A DNA stretch of 64,000 nucleotides from Perna viridis (Eukaryota). The notes beneath the pieces are model-generated. The model was not told where the DNA came from, searched no databases, and saw nothing but the letters and a program-made list of their open reading frames with translations. Below are positions 1 through 12,273 of the stretch, piece by piece; the stretch's first letter is position 1, and each line of letters begins with the position of its first letter. Position numbers and translations under genes: made by a program. Location: contig CM074516.1 in the NCBI GenBank assembly GCA_037379345.1, positions 42,383,626 through 42,447,625 of the forward strand. Reading direction: 5' to 3'.

Positions 1-570
1 TGACTTTTCATTCAGAATTGTCAATTTTCCTTTCATCCGTGGCAACATCCCTTCGGCTCCTGCGTATGGAGTGTTCATATCACAACTCATACGTTATGCC
101 AGAGCTTGCCGAAACTACGCAGACTTTTCGTATCGCGCTAGAACTCTTACAAATAGGCTTCTGGAACAGGGTTATGTTGCTACAAGATTGAAGTCATCAC
201 TATAGAAGTTTTATGGTCGTCATCATGAACTCGTGGATCGTTATGGTGTATCCATCAATACCATGAAAACTGATTTATTCAACGGGTCATAGTTTTCCTT
301 TTGTCTACCCCGGACTTGACTTTTTATGAGCAACTCGGCGGGTGTTTCTAGAAAAGCAGAGAACGCTTACCCTACCGGTGCACCTGGTCCATGCTCCCAG
401 TTTTTAGTGGAGTCCGAGTTGCTCATTTACTTTTGTTACTTTGTATGTATGATTTTAGTTACTTTATGTTCTTTGTTGTGTATGTCTGTTTTCCATGTCT
501 GGTCTTTGTCCCTGTATTACATTCTGTTGATTACCGCTATAACCTTGGTTCCCTTGATTACTCTTTGATT
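1..570 (+). mobile_element. 3' end of a Penelope-like retroelement (RT thumb/C-terminus remnant plus 3' UTR), cut by the window edge
   Basis: Frame +2 (2..292) reads DFSFRIVNFPFIRGNIPSAPAYGVFISQLIRYARAC...LLEQGY...L*KFYGRHHELVDRY..., the motif I recognise from invertebrate Penelope-like RT C-termini. One internal TAG at 203-205, terminal TAG at 290-292. The ORF ends with no C-terminal GIY-YIG (Naiad-like domain order, inference). The 3' UTR recurs at 60570-60771. Confidence 0.75.
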
Positions 571-3500
571 TACCCTATTATTACTTTTTTTAAAAGATTT
601 GTTTATGTGAACATTTTATAAAACTAAAAGACAGAACGATAGCAATGTATTGGCCTAATCCTCATTCCTTATGCTTTCGGAAAAGATAGTCGACTTTGGA
701 AATGCAGTAACGAAGAATTTAAGCAATTATAGTTGCCTATTTGAGTTATCTTTCTTTGTATTGCATTGAATTGATATATTGTACATGTATTCGTAATGTT
801 AATGAAACAATGCAATCAGCAGTTATTTACCCCAATCAATCGAGATAGACTAAAAAGTACTCCTTACTTTAAAAAAAATCAGTATCAGTTAAAAGAATCA
901 TTTAAAAAGATGTACATTAACTGCAAAAAGGGAAAGTTGTTATGAACGATTATCTCCCCTTGATTCAGAAAAACTTCAACAGGTGTCCTTGGCATTCAAC
1001 ATTTTACAATGGCAGTGTATCACGAATGACGAATCACTGAGTCAAAAAGCATAAATTTTGCATAACTTGGGATCAAATAATAAATTTCATTTTTTATGTG
1101 AAGGTAAGGATTCAATATTTCAGAGATGTCTACTAAATTCCACTGAATGCGATTTGTAGGAAAGTTACATTCGAAAATTTGAATCAATGACATATATTTT
1201 GTTTTGGTCACATTACACTATTACTATTCATTCTCCAAGTGCATAGGATGCCATCAAATCAGAAAAAAGGGTTACCAGACCATTTCTAGCATTACTGGAT
1301 TAACTGCACTTCAATTATAAATTATAGTATTGACTTGCATAATTATATGTACATGTATATTGAGGTCCTGCTGTACATGCATCCGTAGTTTTCTAGACTG
1401 AAGAAAAAATGGGTTTTTATTTTGTTTAACATTAGTACAACATTTAATCTTTCATTGCATAACTTGTCTTTTCTGAATCAGCATCAGGGGAGGTAAATAA
1501 TTTAAATTTATGTGCTTAAAAAGTGTTATCAATGTATCACAGTATTGAAAAAAAATTCTCTGAAATTATTTCTTTCAAAAATTTTGTAGGGACGAACTTC
1601 AACAACTTTTTTAATGGATGAAGATAACTTTTTATCCCAGTTTTATCTTCATTTGATTTGACAGCAATTTTCTTAACTTACATATATAATTGTTATTTGA
1701 TTTCATCATCAAACATAAAAACACACAAGCCTCTGTGAGTTAGTAACAAAATGTACACTTTGTATGATGTCGAAAGAACAACATACATGTAAAAACTTTC
1801 AACCAGATCAGATGTTACAGACAATACAACACAATCACACAACAACAAGAATAAAATTCTATTTAAGATTGATATTTAGATATTCATTCAAGAAAACGTT
1901 TTTGTTTTTAAGATAATTATTGGGAACATTTATTGTTATTTTACATTCTCTCCAGGACACATCACTTTTGGACAATGAATTTTTGTTCTCTTCATTCTGC
2001 ACCCCACAAACTAGCACATGCATGCTGCCATAGAGCTCTCTGCTCTTGCTGCAACTTTGCAGCAGCTTGAGCTGTGCTTGCTATAAGTTGTATTTACAAT
2101 CTACAAATTATGCACATGTAGTTTCTGTTGCAGTTTAGAAATTACATGTACATACATTGCAGTGCTTGCCTTGAGCCACTAACCTGAAGCCCGGGGCTAG
2201 TAAAAATTGGTTCGGCAAATGAAATGATGTGTACATTGCTTGTTTCGGGCTAGTTGAATCCTATACAGTCCTCTATTATTCGGGCTAGTCATTGAGAATT
2301 TTGAAGGAAAGGACTTGACATTGTATGTTGATCATGACGAAATCACTTTAAATTTTGTTTACATTTCAACACTGCTACTGTTCTGATATCAATAGAGTTT
2401 TGATTCATGATAAAAGCATTAACCTTAAAAGGTATTTATCAAGCATAATTTGGTTACAATACAGATTTCTATGTACAATGCAGTGTACATTTTGAACATG
2501 TACATCGATGTTAGCCTGTTTTTATAATTAGTTTATCATTTATATATTATACATTGTACATAAATTTAAGGTTATTGAAATTGGTAGTGTACATTAAACC
2601 TAGGTTTTGTTAATTTTTGATCAATTTGTGTAATATAACCTACTATTGGGCAGTTAAGTATAGTGAATACATTGTATATATTTGTGGTCGTTTATAGTAT
2701 TGCACTGTTGTTATTTATAGTTTTCATACACTGACTTGAATTAATTAGGTATTATCTTCTTTAAAAAAAAATAATATCAAGTTTCCATACCACAAAATAA
2801 AGGTTGGCATTGATTTTGGAAATTATGACCTTAACTGTTCAGGAATTATGGGCTGTTCATGAAGTACAATGTACAATGTACACAATGTTCATGTACATTT
2901 GTACAATTTAAAATGGTATAAAAAAACCAAAGTGTAAATGTATAGAATCATATGAAATTGAACCATGTCACGAAGGGTAGACTGGCTTTCTGTTCCTTAG
3001 ACAACAGCTTGAATGAAAGTAAATGGGTCTTTATGAAATTGTACAAGATGTGAAGCAAAGGAAGGTTCTGATTCATTTAAAGGATTGTGGCCCTATTCAC
3101 TTATGAAAAAGATAAAAAAAAAATAAGCATTTTTTTCAACATTGTATTATCATTCATGTCTAATTGCAGATTTTAAAGTTCTTTGACCACTTCCATTTTT
3201 TTCTAGAAACTTGCTGCAGCCTGGTGTACATGTATGTGTTAAACATTTATTAGAGCTGTAGCAAGCTTAAAAATTGTGTCTGTACTGTAGTTTGGTTCAA
3301 CCTCTTTGGTTGTATCAAGCTGGGCTTGGTGAAGTTTTTCATTTACATATTATATGTATGTTTAGAAGCAAAACATATTTGGGAAAGTTACTTTTTATGT
3401 TTCATTTGAAGCTCATCAGAGAAAGCCATTTGTTTTCTTAAAATGTTAGAATTACAAGAAATAGTACAATGTACATGTACAATGTATTTTTGATCTGCCA

Positions 3501-5305
3501 CTACTGGTACATAGTAACTTTGAAGTGTACATTTATAATATGAAAATGTAAGATCAACAAACAGGATACCCTTTTATATGTGTGAATGACTGATGAATTA
3601 AAAGAACAATGTAGCAGTGAATTAATGGTAAACAATTTTCAAGTTGTTACCCTGAAAAGTTTAAATTCTTATGAAAAAGTAATTACAGAAGGGTAGCAGT
3701 ACAAAGGAGGAACCTTTTGGCTACTGAACCTAGTTATAGTGAATCATCATACAGGTGTAAAATGTACCTGACCTGATGCTTCACTCTTTGATGGAAGTTA
3801 CTTAATTAGTAAAGTATTAAATCTTGATTGAAGGGATGGACATGTAGGTGTCTGAGGAAACTCAGGATTCTACTGAGAAGGATTATTACTTGACTTACAT
3901 GTAAGGTAAATTATAGTTTTATAAACTTTGTCAATCTCTTTTTATTTGTCTTTTCAACTCCCAGAAAAGGTTTTGGCCATACGCTTATTTAATATCATAT
4001 AATATGAAAAAGACAATTAAATTACACAGAAACTTTCCCTGAGGAATTTTTAAAACAATAATCTCTTTTTATAGTTATTCTACAGATTTTGTTTAGATCT
4101 ATACTCATTCTGGTTGAAACTCATTGAGCTAAAAGGAAAACATATTTTCCATTGATGTTGACATTTTATACAGTTGTACATTGTACATGGAGTGTATATG
4201 TAAAATGATACATTAGTTGATATATGGTATAAACCATTCGCTATACAATTGTATTAATTATCTTAATAATTAGCATTTCATTGACAGTTTATAAGCATGT
4301 CATGTGGACATGTATTAATATACATGTACACTTGTACAATGTAAATTAACGCATGTTTGTATTGTACATTTTACCATAGTTAGACATCTGGAATGTTCAC
4401 ATTGACTGGACTCTAATTGAATTTCCAGTAGTTCAGCCAACACACAATAGTAATCCATTTATGTACAAGATTTAATTAGTTACTGACCCATGCTAATATT
4501 GACAATGTCCATATGATTTATTTAAACAAAATAAGGCTTGAAATATTTGATAGAAACTACATTTTGTATTCTACATGTACTGTGGGCTGTAAGTCCAAAA
4601 ACAGAAGCCAATATTTGGGTTATGGCTTTATATTGGTCTATATACATTTGTTCTTGGTTGCATAAGTAATTGAATGTTCATGGTTTTGTGGATTCTAGAG
4701 TTTGTTCAATGGTTCTGTACATGTATGGTTTTGTACAAGTAGTTGTAGAAGTAGAATAGGGTAGGGTAAGAGGTTCTGCTAATAGCAAGTCTATCACTAA
4801 TCTAAATAGAAATGGGACTACATGTATATATCATACAGGGCAGCTTATTTTTTTCTGATAACAAAGATGTAAAATAAAATGTATAGGAAACTGATAGCAG
4901 GTTAATAAAAATATGGTACATGTACATGTACATTTATGGACATCTGTAATGACTAGTATAATGTCAGAAAATTGGCCTTAAATATTTTGTACAGATAGTG
5001 TATATTGCACATGTACATGATGTAAGGAAAATAGAATAAGGCTCCACCCATGCTGATGGGTGTACATGTTTCCCTAGTTGTCTGACCCATCCTACAGTGT
5101 TCCATGATACCTATGAACTGTTAACCAAGTGTCATTTGTCATTCTCTGGCCCCTGGTAATTGACTCATACTTATTCTTCTTTTTATAAATTCAGTTATTA
5201 TCCTTTTATTTAAGTGTTTTTGTTATATGTACTCCTTTATCAAGATTGTTATTTAAAATTAAATTCCATTCTTTTTAAGTAGCAGTCTTTCTGAAAATCA
5301 GACAA

Positions 5306-5636
5306 AAAATGATTCATGCACGTCAAAAACCCACCAAATTCAGTTTTTTTTCTTGTTAAGAAACAGTTACTGATCACATAACTAGTCTTAAGTTTTCTTT
5401 TGGTTGTTGCGCTTTTGAGATAAAAATTATATAGATTGTACGTATGAAATTGGCACTTGGCAAGAGTTATCTTTCTTGGTTTAGTTTCATTTGGTTGATT
5501 ATTGTGGGAGATGTATGATTTTCAATAAAGTACAGGTCTTAATGCAGAAATTATTATTGTTATGTGAAAGTATATCGTATGTAGACTGAAAAAGCATTAT
5601 TTGTTTGGTGGATTTTTCTACACCATGAATCACTTT
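5306..5636. mobile_element. MITE (non-autonomous TIR element), copy 1
   Basis: Imperfect TIRs tgattcatg...aaaaacccaccaaa / tttggtggatttttc...catgaatca. Colinear diverged homologue at 59595-59918. A shorter derivative follows at about 5712-5865. Confidence 0.6.
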
Positions 5637-6693
5637 ACCATTGAGTGTGTCTGAATTTTATGTGAACTGGTACTTAAATACAATAACTATGCCGTAACTA
5701 CAAATGTATAAAGAAAAACCCACCAAATTCACTATTATTTATAATTCAGAAAAAAGTTAAACCACATATCTGTACACAGAGTGGACTATAATACATGTTG
5801 GTAAAAAATTGGTATATGTAGGCTGGAAAGGCATCGTTTCTTTGTTCAGTGGGTTTTTTTTCCGTATTTTATATACATTTTGTACCAATAGATTGGTAAC
5901 CATACCCCTAATCCAATTTCTTCCAAGATGACTGGGTTTGAAGTATTCAAATATTATTCTTTCTATAAGTATATAGGTTTATTATTACTTTATCACCTGT
6001 AATCAACACCTGTCTGTGTATTGGCCTTTTATCAATAATTATCCAGGTGACTAAGATGAGTAAACAATAGATGCATAGATTCACTTTTCTCTTCATGGCT
6101 GTGGACCAGAATAACAGGAAATATTTCTTTTCATTGTGAGTGAATTCCTTTCTATAATGAAGTGATTTGATATGAGTTCAAATCTGCTGGTTTGTTTTGT
6201 TCTACTATTCTGTTTTAAAATTATGCTGATGGTTTAAACATTTAGGCTGCTCACAATCATTTTGTTGATAGTACATGTATTATGTTTACATGTACATTTT
6301 ATACCAAATGAGCACCAGATAGGAAAGATTCTCTTTAATTTTACAATTGGTATGATTTTTTTATTAATTTCAATTAGTGAGAAACTTTGTGATTCTAACA
6401 CTTTGTAGTAGTTGGTGTCATGTTATGAGAAGTAACAAGTAAATGTAGAGTCCACATGCATGTAGAAACTTACTCAATAATCTACTACAAGTTCCTCTTG
6501 TATTCATCCCAGGGTTCTGGTATATATAGATAAATAAGGCTAAATGTGATTGAGACATAGATCCATCAGTTTTATTATTTATCATATATTTATCTACATG
6601 TATTTTGTACTGATTGGAGTCTTTCTAATTTCGCAACAGTGTAATATTAATAGATGTGTGGGATGTATTATAAGAATTCAGTTTGAACTAATG

Positions 6694-6976
6694 TACAATC
6701 CTTTGGCCTGATCAATACAGTACTTGTGGAATGTATTCAGTATATACCAATGTAGTTGTACAATCCCTCAGCCTGATCAGTACATTACTTGTGGAATGTA
6801 TTCAGTATGCACCAATGTAGTTGTACAATCCCTCGGCCTGGTCAGCACAGTACTTGTGGAATGTATTCAGTATATACCAACGAGTTGTACAATCCCTCAG
6901 CCTGATCAGTACAGTACTTGTGGAATGTATTCAGTGTATACCAATGAGTTATACAATCCCTCAGCCTGGTCAGTAT
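6694..6976. repeat. Minisatellite, 64-65 bp unit, about 4.4 copies
   Basis: Unit tacaatccctcagcctgatcagtacagtacttgtggaatgtattcagtatataccaatgtagttg starts at 6694, 6759, 6824, 6888, 6952. Confidence 0.95.
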
Positions 6977-7451
6977 TTACCTTTTGACAGGTAATGTTAG
7001 GTAGATCAGTAAGTCACTATAAAATCAACAGGTGTGTATAATGTCGGTATTAGTCATGGTCTGGCTGTAGTTTATGGACAGTAGAGTATCATTGTCTACT
7101 ATAAACACTCAATTTAATTTCTCTCAGCTGTATAAAAGTCTCATTACCACCCAATTACCTACCAATTTATTGCTAATAACTTGCCAGTCATGGTAACCTA
7201 CTAAATAATGAGGTTAGTACTTAAATGCATCAAGTTAAAAAGGATTATTTTATATCTTGATGATAAATACATTTGTATGTGTATTACAAATACATTGTAT
7301 ATGTGTGTATATTAGAGGATGATGCAGGTTCATCATTTACATAAGAAGAAAGTTCAGTGAGGGTCAGAAGTAATTCATCATTTTTATATGTCATATAGTA
7401 ATGTAAGGAATAGGGAAGAAAACTTTTTTATGGGGGAGAAAAAATTTAATG

Positions 7452-7742
7452 GTGTGGAGTCAGTATACAACTCCTGCTAAGTCTGTTGTGTGGAGTCAAT
7501 ATACAACTGCTAAGTCTGCTGTGTTGAGTCGGTATACAACTCTTGCTAAGTCTGCTGTGCTGCATCAGTATACAACTCTTGCTTCGCCTGTTGTGTCGAT
7601 TCACTATACAACTCTTGCTAAGCCTGTTGTGTCGAGTCAGTATACAACTTCTGCTAAGTGTGTTGTGTCAATGTGTGGAGTCAGTATACAACTCTTGATA
7701 AGTCAGTTATGTTGAGTCAGTATACAACTTTTGCTAAGTCAG
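7452..7742. repeat. Minisatellite, about 36 bp unit, about 8 copies
   Basis: Unit gtgtggagtcagtatacaactcttgctaagtctgtt with small indels. It explains the repetitive ORFs 7449-7715 and 7658-7861. Confidence 0.93.
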
Positions 7743-10700
7743 ATGTATACAATGTAACTTGTAAGTTTGTCAAACTGACTAGCATTTCTTATCATTTTGC
7801 GTCAAATTTGTCACATTTTCTTATTTTTATCCCTTCAAATTTGATAGAAAAACAAACTTGATTACCATTTTAGGAAAATAAGTCAAGAAAACTTGATATG
7901 AACTTGTATATTATAGTAATCTTTGGCATTCTATCTAATTTTAGTTCGTTGTCTCTCCCCATTTACATGTACATGTATTAGGAGGTAGATTTGCTGCCAT
8001 TCTGTTTTCAGTTAGAAACTGAATATTTATAGACAAAATAGAACAAAGGCAGCTTTAAGTTAAGTCCTAATATGTATGGTCCTTTGTAGTAATATAGAGG
8101 TAATTTATTTCTAATGGCAATTAGGCTTTGAAATCTGGACTTGTTTGACTAAGTTTAGCTTAATAAGATAATTTAAACCACAGGTCTAATAGAAATAGTT
8201 CTGTGTATTAGATTGTGGGGATGGGTTCTAAATTCCCATGTAATGCATTTAAACTAACCATCAAATGGGATATAAAGTTCTCAGAGTGTAAACCAACAAT
8301 ACTTTGGCATGTATTATAATGCAGTGTGTTGGTATTTATGTCTCCCCATTGGATTGTGAGATGTATGTCACAAACTTTGCCTTGGTTTAGTTACATAAGG
8401 AGATAAAGTGTAATCCAAGTCTTTTCATTGATTCTTTTAGTACTTTTAGCCTTTAAAGTTGTTTTTTTTTCATGATCTATAGCTGTAGACTTAAGTAAGC
8501 ACATTCCTTAAATATTGAGATATGGAGAACATATACAAACAATATAATGGTTACATGTATGTCTCATGGTCAAAACATTTTGGTTAATTGATAAGGGTTT
8601 ATTGTCTGTTGTGTTGATCAATACTTCATTTGGAACATACATGTACATGTATTGTCAAACTTTTAATGCTATTTCTGAAAATTTCAGATTGTTTTGTTTA
8701 TAAGGGAAGCATAAGTAAATTTGTCAACCCAGGAACCAAATTGTTAATTTAAAACAAATTTGTATTGACAAAGATTGCAATACAAAATTATTCTGTAAAA
8801 TGTTGAGGGCTCAGTCAGATAGTAGTAGTAGTGATTATTAGACCTCTGAAAAAGTAAATGTCTTGCAGATACCTTCAATACTATACATGTATGTAAGTTG
8901 TTGTCAATATCTTTATCCTGTATTATGATATGAGTTCTTCTGTGTAAAGTCTTTCATGTTACAAGCCAAGATTTATCACAACATATTTCTGATTTAAATA
9001 ATATTTTGAAAACCCTTAATGTCTACATTGTTCTAGTTGGGTTCTGAAAATAGAGAGGCACAGGAGGAGTTTAGTGTGTAATGTACTTCAAACCCTTGAA
9101 TTTGTCAAATTGTTTTAATACAGCTATTAATATTTACACGTACATTTGTATGGCAATTTAAGGAAAGGGGAAGTTATTTGCAATGCTTATTTCATGTAGT
9201 AGAGGTGACTTGGGTGACAATGACAAAATTTTATCAGGGCACTTTGAAATATGAAGAGGGTCACAAGTGCTTAGTGGGGAAGATGGGCACAGGTCTTTGA
9301 GGGTAGGGTATGGTGTCCCTCCATTTTTATCTAGTGAGAAAATTAGTTTAGCTTCATTGTATTTATACATATACAAAAATGTATGTAGGTAGAGACAGTT
9401 GAAGTTGTAAGATACAATTTTGTGTAAGGAAGTTATACATTATTATTTATTCTGCCAGATTATCATGGAGATAACTTAAAACAATTAACAACTTAGGATT
9501 TCTAATAGCTTAGGTCAAGAGCAGTTTAAGGAAGATTTTGATGCACATTGATATTTGCTCATGCATTTGTCAGCCACATGGCATGTCATACCCTACTACA
9601 ATGTGTCTGTCTATCGAAAGAATCCAAGTCAAACTTTAACTAAACAAAAACATTGTTAGTAATTATACAGTACATGTATTAGTTGAGTAGATAGATAACA
9701 ATCAAAGAATTCCGAACTTGTTCAAGATGGTAGTTGTGAATACAGAGAGATTTAAAATCTAAACTGGGGCGTGTAGAATGGTTTGTTATGAGAAATTGTG
9801 AAGACGTCTTTGTTATATGCTAGTGAAAGACTAAACCTTAATTTTGTCCTGGTATTCAGTGGATAGATATTGTCATTGTTGGAGAAAGTTTTCTAGGTCA
9901 TTTATGCATGAATTCAAAAATGGCAATATTGATACTGCATTTACATACATGTACATGTAGTTAATACACATGATGGAATTAAAGTATGACATTGACATGT
10001 GTTATGATCTGATTTATGAGTACATGTTAATGTTTAATAAAATCTTGACAGATAAATACAACTTGTTTTGCTTTCTTAACAGCAATATGTGAGCCATTTT
10101 GAGCTGCCTTGTAGGATCAATAATAAATTTGATAGCCTGACACATTCCATTTTTAAGATTTTAGATGCCTTATTGATTATGTAACACAACGAAAATGATA
10201 AGTAAGTATTTAGTAGAGACAGTATTGTATAATGGTTTGATTTTATAGCCATGGTTTTGTTTAAGGGTACAAACAGTTGATTTTTAGTTACATCTCATTG
10301 GTTTCAAAACAACATGTTAATTTGTTTTTTATATTTTTCATATGGTGACAAAACTAGCTTGGGGGCAAAATCAGAACATTTTTTCTATTGTGAATATATG
10401 ATTTACACAATGTATAATGGATCTTAAGTACATATTATTGGGGTATATTATGTCTATTGATAACTGCTGTAATTGTTTGTAATATCTCCTTCATTCATAA
10501 AAGCTGCAATTGTGAATTATAGCCCTGTATAATACATATGCTGGTGTCTCAAATTCTACCTTGCATGTTCAAAACATTTTTCAATGGCCTAAGGAGTGTT
10601 GCCTTTGTGATGCCTCTTTTCAAAACACTGAGGATTGTCTTATAATTGAACGACTTAGCACTTGAATATGATTTCTGTTTGTTATTCCCTTCAAAAGTTC

Positions 10701-11051
10701 AGAATCAGGTAGATTAAAAATGAATGTTTCTGTTTTGGTCACGATTAAATAGGGTGTACATTAAGGTGTTTTACATGTATATATTTTACATGTACATTTG
10801 TAATTTGAATCTCAAAACTGCAGAACTTTTTATGCATATTGCATAGGTTAAAATATAGCAATAACCATATTTAGGGACATCAAAAGGTCTTGGTGGTAAA
10901 AATCAATTTTAACCAAAAGGAGAATCTTTCGAAAACTTTTTGAAACTTTTGATCCCCCATGGTGTATTTTTCAACATTGTTTATTCTCAGAGCTGTTGTT
11001 CACCTCCCTTGATTAGTATACATTACGCTGGATACAGGCATCATGCAATGC

Positions 11052-11205
11052 CGACCACTAATGTACATGTACATTGTGGATGAAATACATGTAGATAGCA
11101 GTCTGTCTGTCTGTTTGCTTTTATATGTTGGGTACATGTGATGGAGACCACTAATGTACATGGTGGATTAAATAGTTATCAGTCTGTCTGTCTGTTTGCT
11201 TGTAT
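11052..11205. repeat. Two-copy tandem duplication (about 90 bp) containing a (tctg)n microsatellite
   Basis: gaccactaatgtacatg...gtggat.aaata...agtctgtctgtctgtttgctt is present twice. Confidence 0.7.
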
Positions 11206-11963
11206 CAAAATAACTTAATGTACAATGTAAATACATTGTACATATTCTAAATTACTTCAGCACTTCATTGTAAGTCTTATGCTGTGTAAAGTGAAATAAA
11301 TGTCTGTTTCATTGAAGACAAAGTTATGATTACTAGTAGACAAGAAAGAAGAACATTAAAGTGTTAAATCATTTAGTTATGGATTATGTCCTGTTATCCC
11401 ATTAACTGGTATTATACATAGTTGTGTTTTAAACCATAAGACTGATCCTAACTTTCAACATATTTACTGGTATTAACTTATTAGTATACAATGGTGTGGG
11501 CATGTTAGAAGCATTCATATAATATTTTATGAAATTTAAACTATGTGCATTTTTTCATGTGTACATTAAGGTAATGTTTACGTTATGTTCTTCTAAACTT
11601 TGTAAGATTTTGTACAATGAATAGAATTGTTTGAAATACTGTAGTAGAGTATTCAGTTCATAATATTATGGACTGATTCAGAAATTTTCAGATTTGGAGA
11701 CAGTGGACCTCCTGTTTTACCATAAATGCAACCACCGTTTTCTCACAAATAATGAAATAGGGGCTGGTTCAAAATCTGCATTGAAAATTGTAATGGTTAT
11801 ATTTCAGCCATAGCACCAAATAGGCAACCACATTTTGATTTTTTTTCTTGTGGACTATAGCTACATAATTCAACTTGTTTTTTTTTTTTAAGTATAATAC
11901 CCTATGGACAATTTAAGAGTTCTACGTGTGAAATGCCTTATAACTTGTAAAGTAACAATGCTT

Positions 11964-12273
11964 GTTAATGTCATTACATTTGTTGGAGTGTTAATTCAAT
12001 ACATTTGTTGGAGTGTTAATGTCATTACGTTTGTGGGAGTGTTAATGTCAATATGTTTGTTGGAGTGTTAATGTCATTACATTTGTTGGAGTGTTAATGT
12101 CATTACGTTTGTGGGAGTGTTAATGTCAATATGTTTGTTGGAGTGTTAATGTCAATACATTTGTTGGAGTGTTAATGTCAATACGTTTGTTGGAGTGTTA
12201 ATGTCATTACATCTGTTGGAGTGTTAATGTCAGTAGTTTGTTGGAGTGTTAATGTCAATACGTTTGTTGGAGT
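11964..12273. repeat. Minisatellite, 26 bp unit, about 12 copies
   Basis: Unit gttaatgtcattacatttgttggagt repeated head-to-tail with few substitutions. Confidence 0.95.

Noticed and set aside
326-621. ORFs 326-568, 391-621 and the similar 60643-60828
   Set aside because: They lie in the T-rich 3' UTR of the Penelope-like element; the hydrophobic translation is a composition artefact.
6724-7861. Repetitive ORFs at 6724-6987, 7449-7715 and 7658-7861
   Set aside because: By-products of minisatellites, with no splice or homology support.
11964-12273. CRISPR-like regular repeats (also 55660-56692)
   Set aside because: Units are head-to-tail with no unique spacers, there are no cas genes, and the context is eukaryotic introns.
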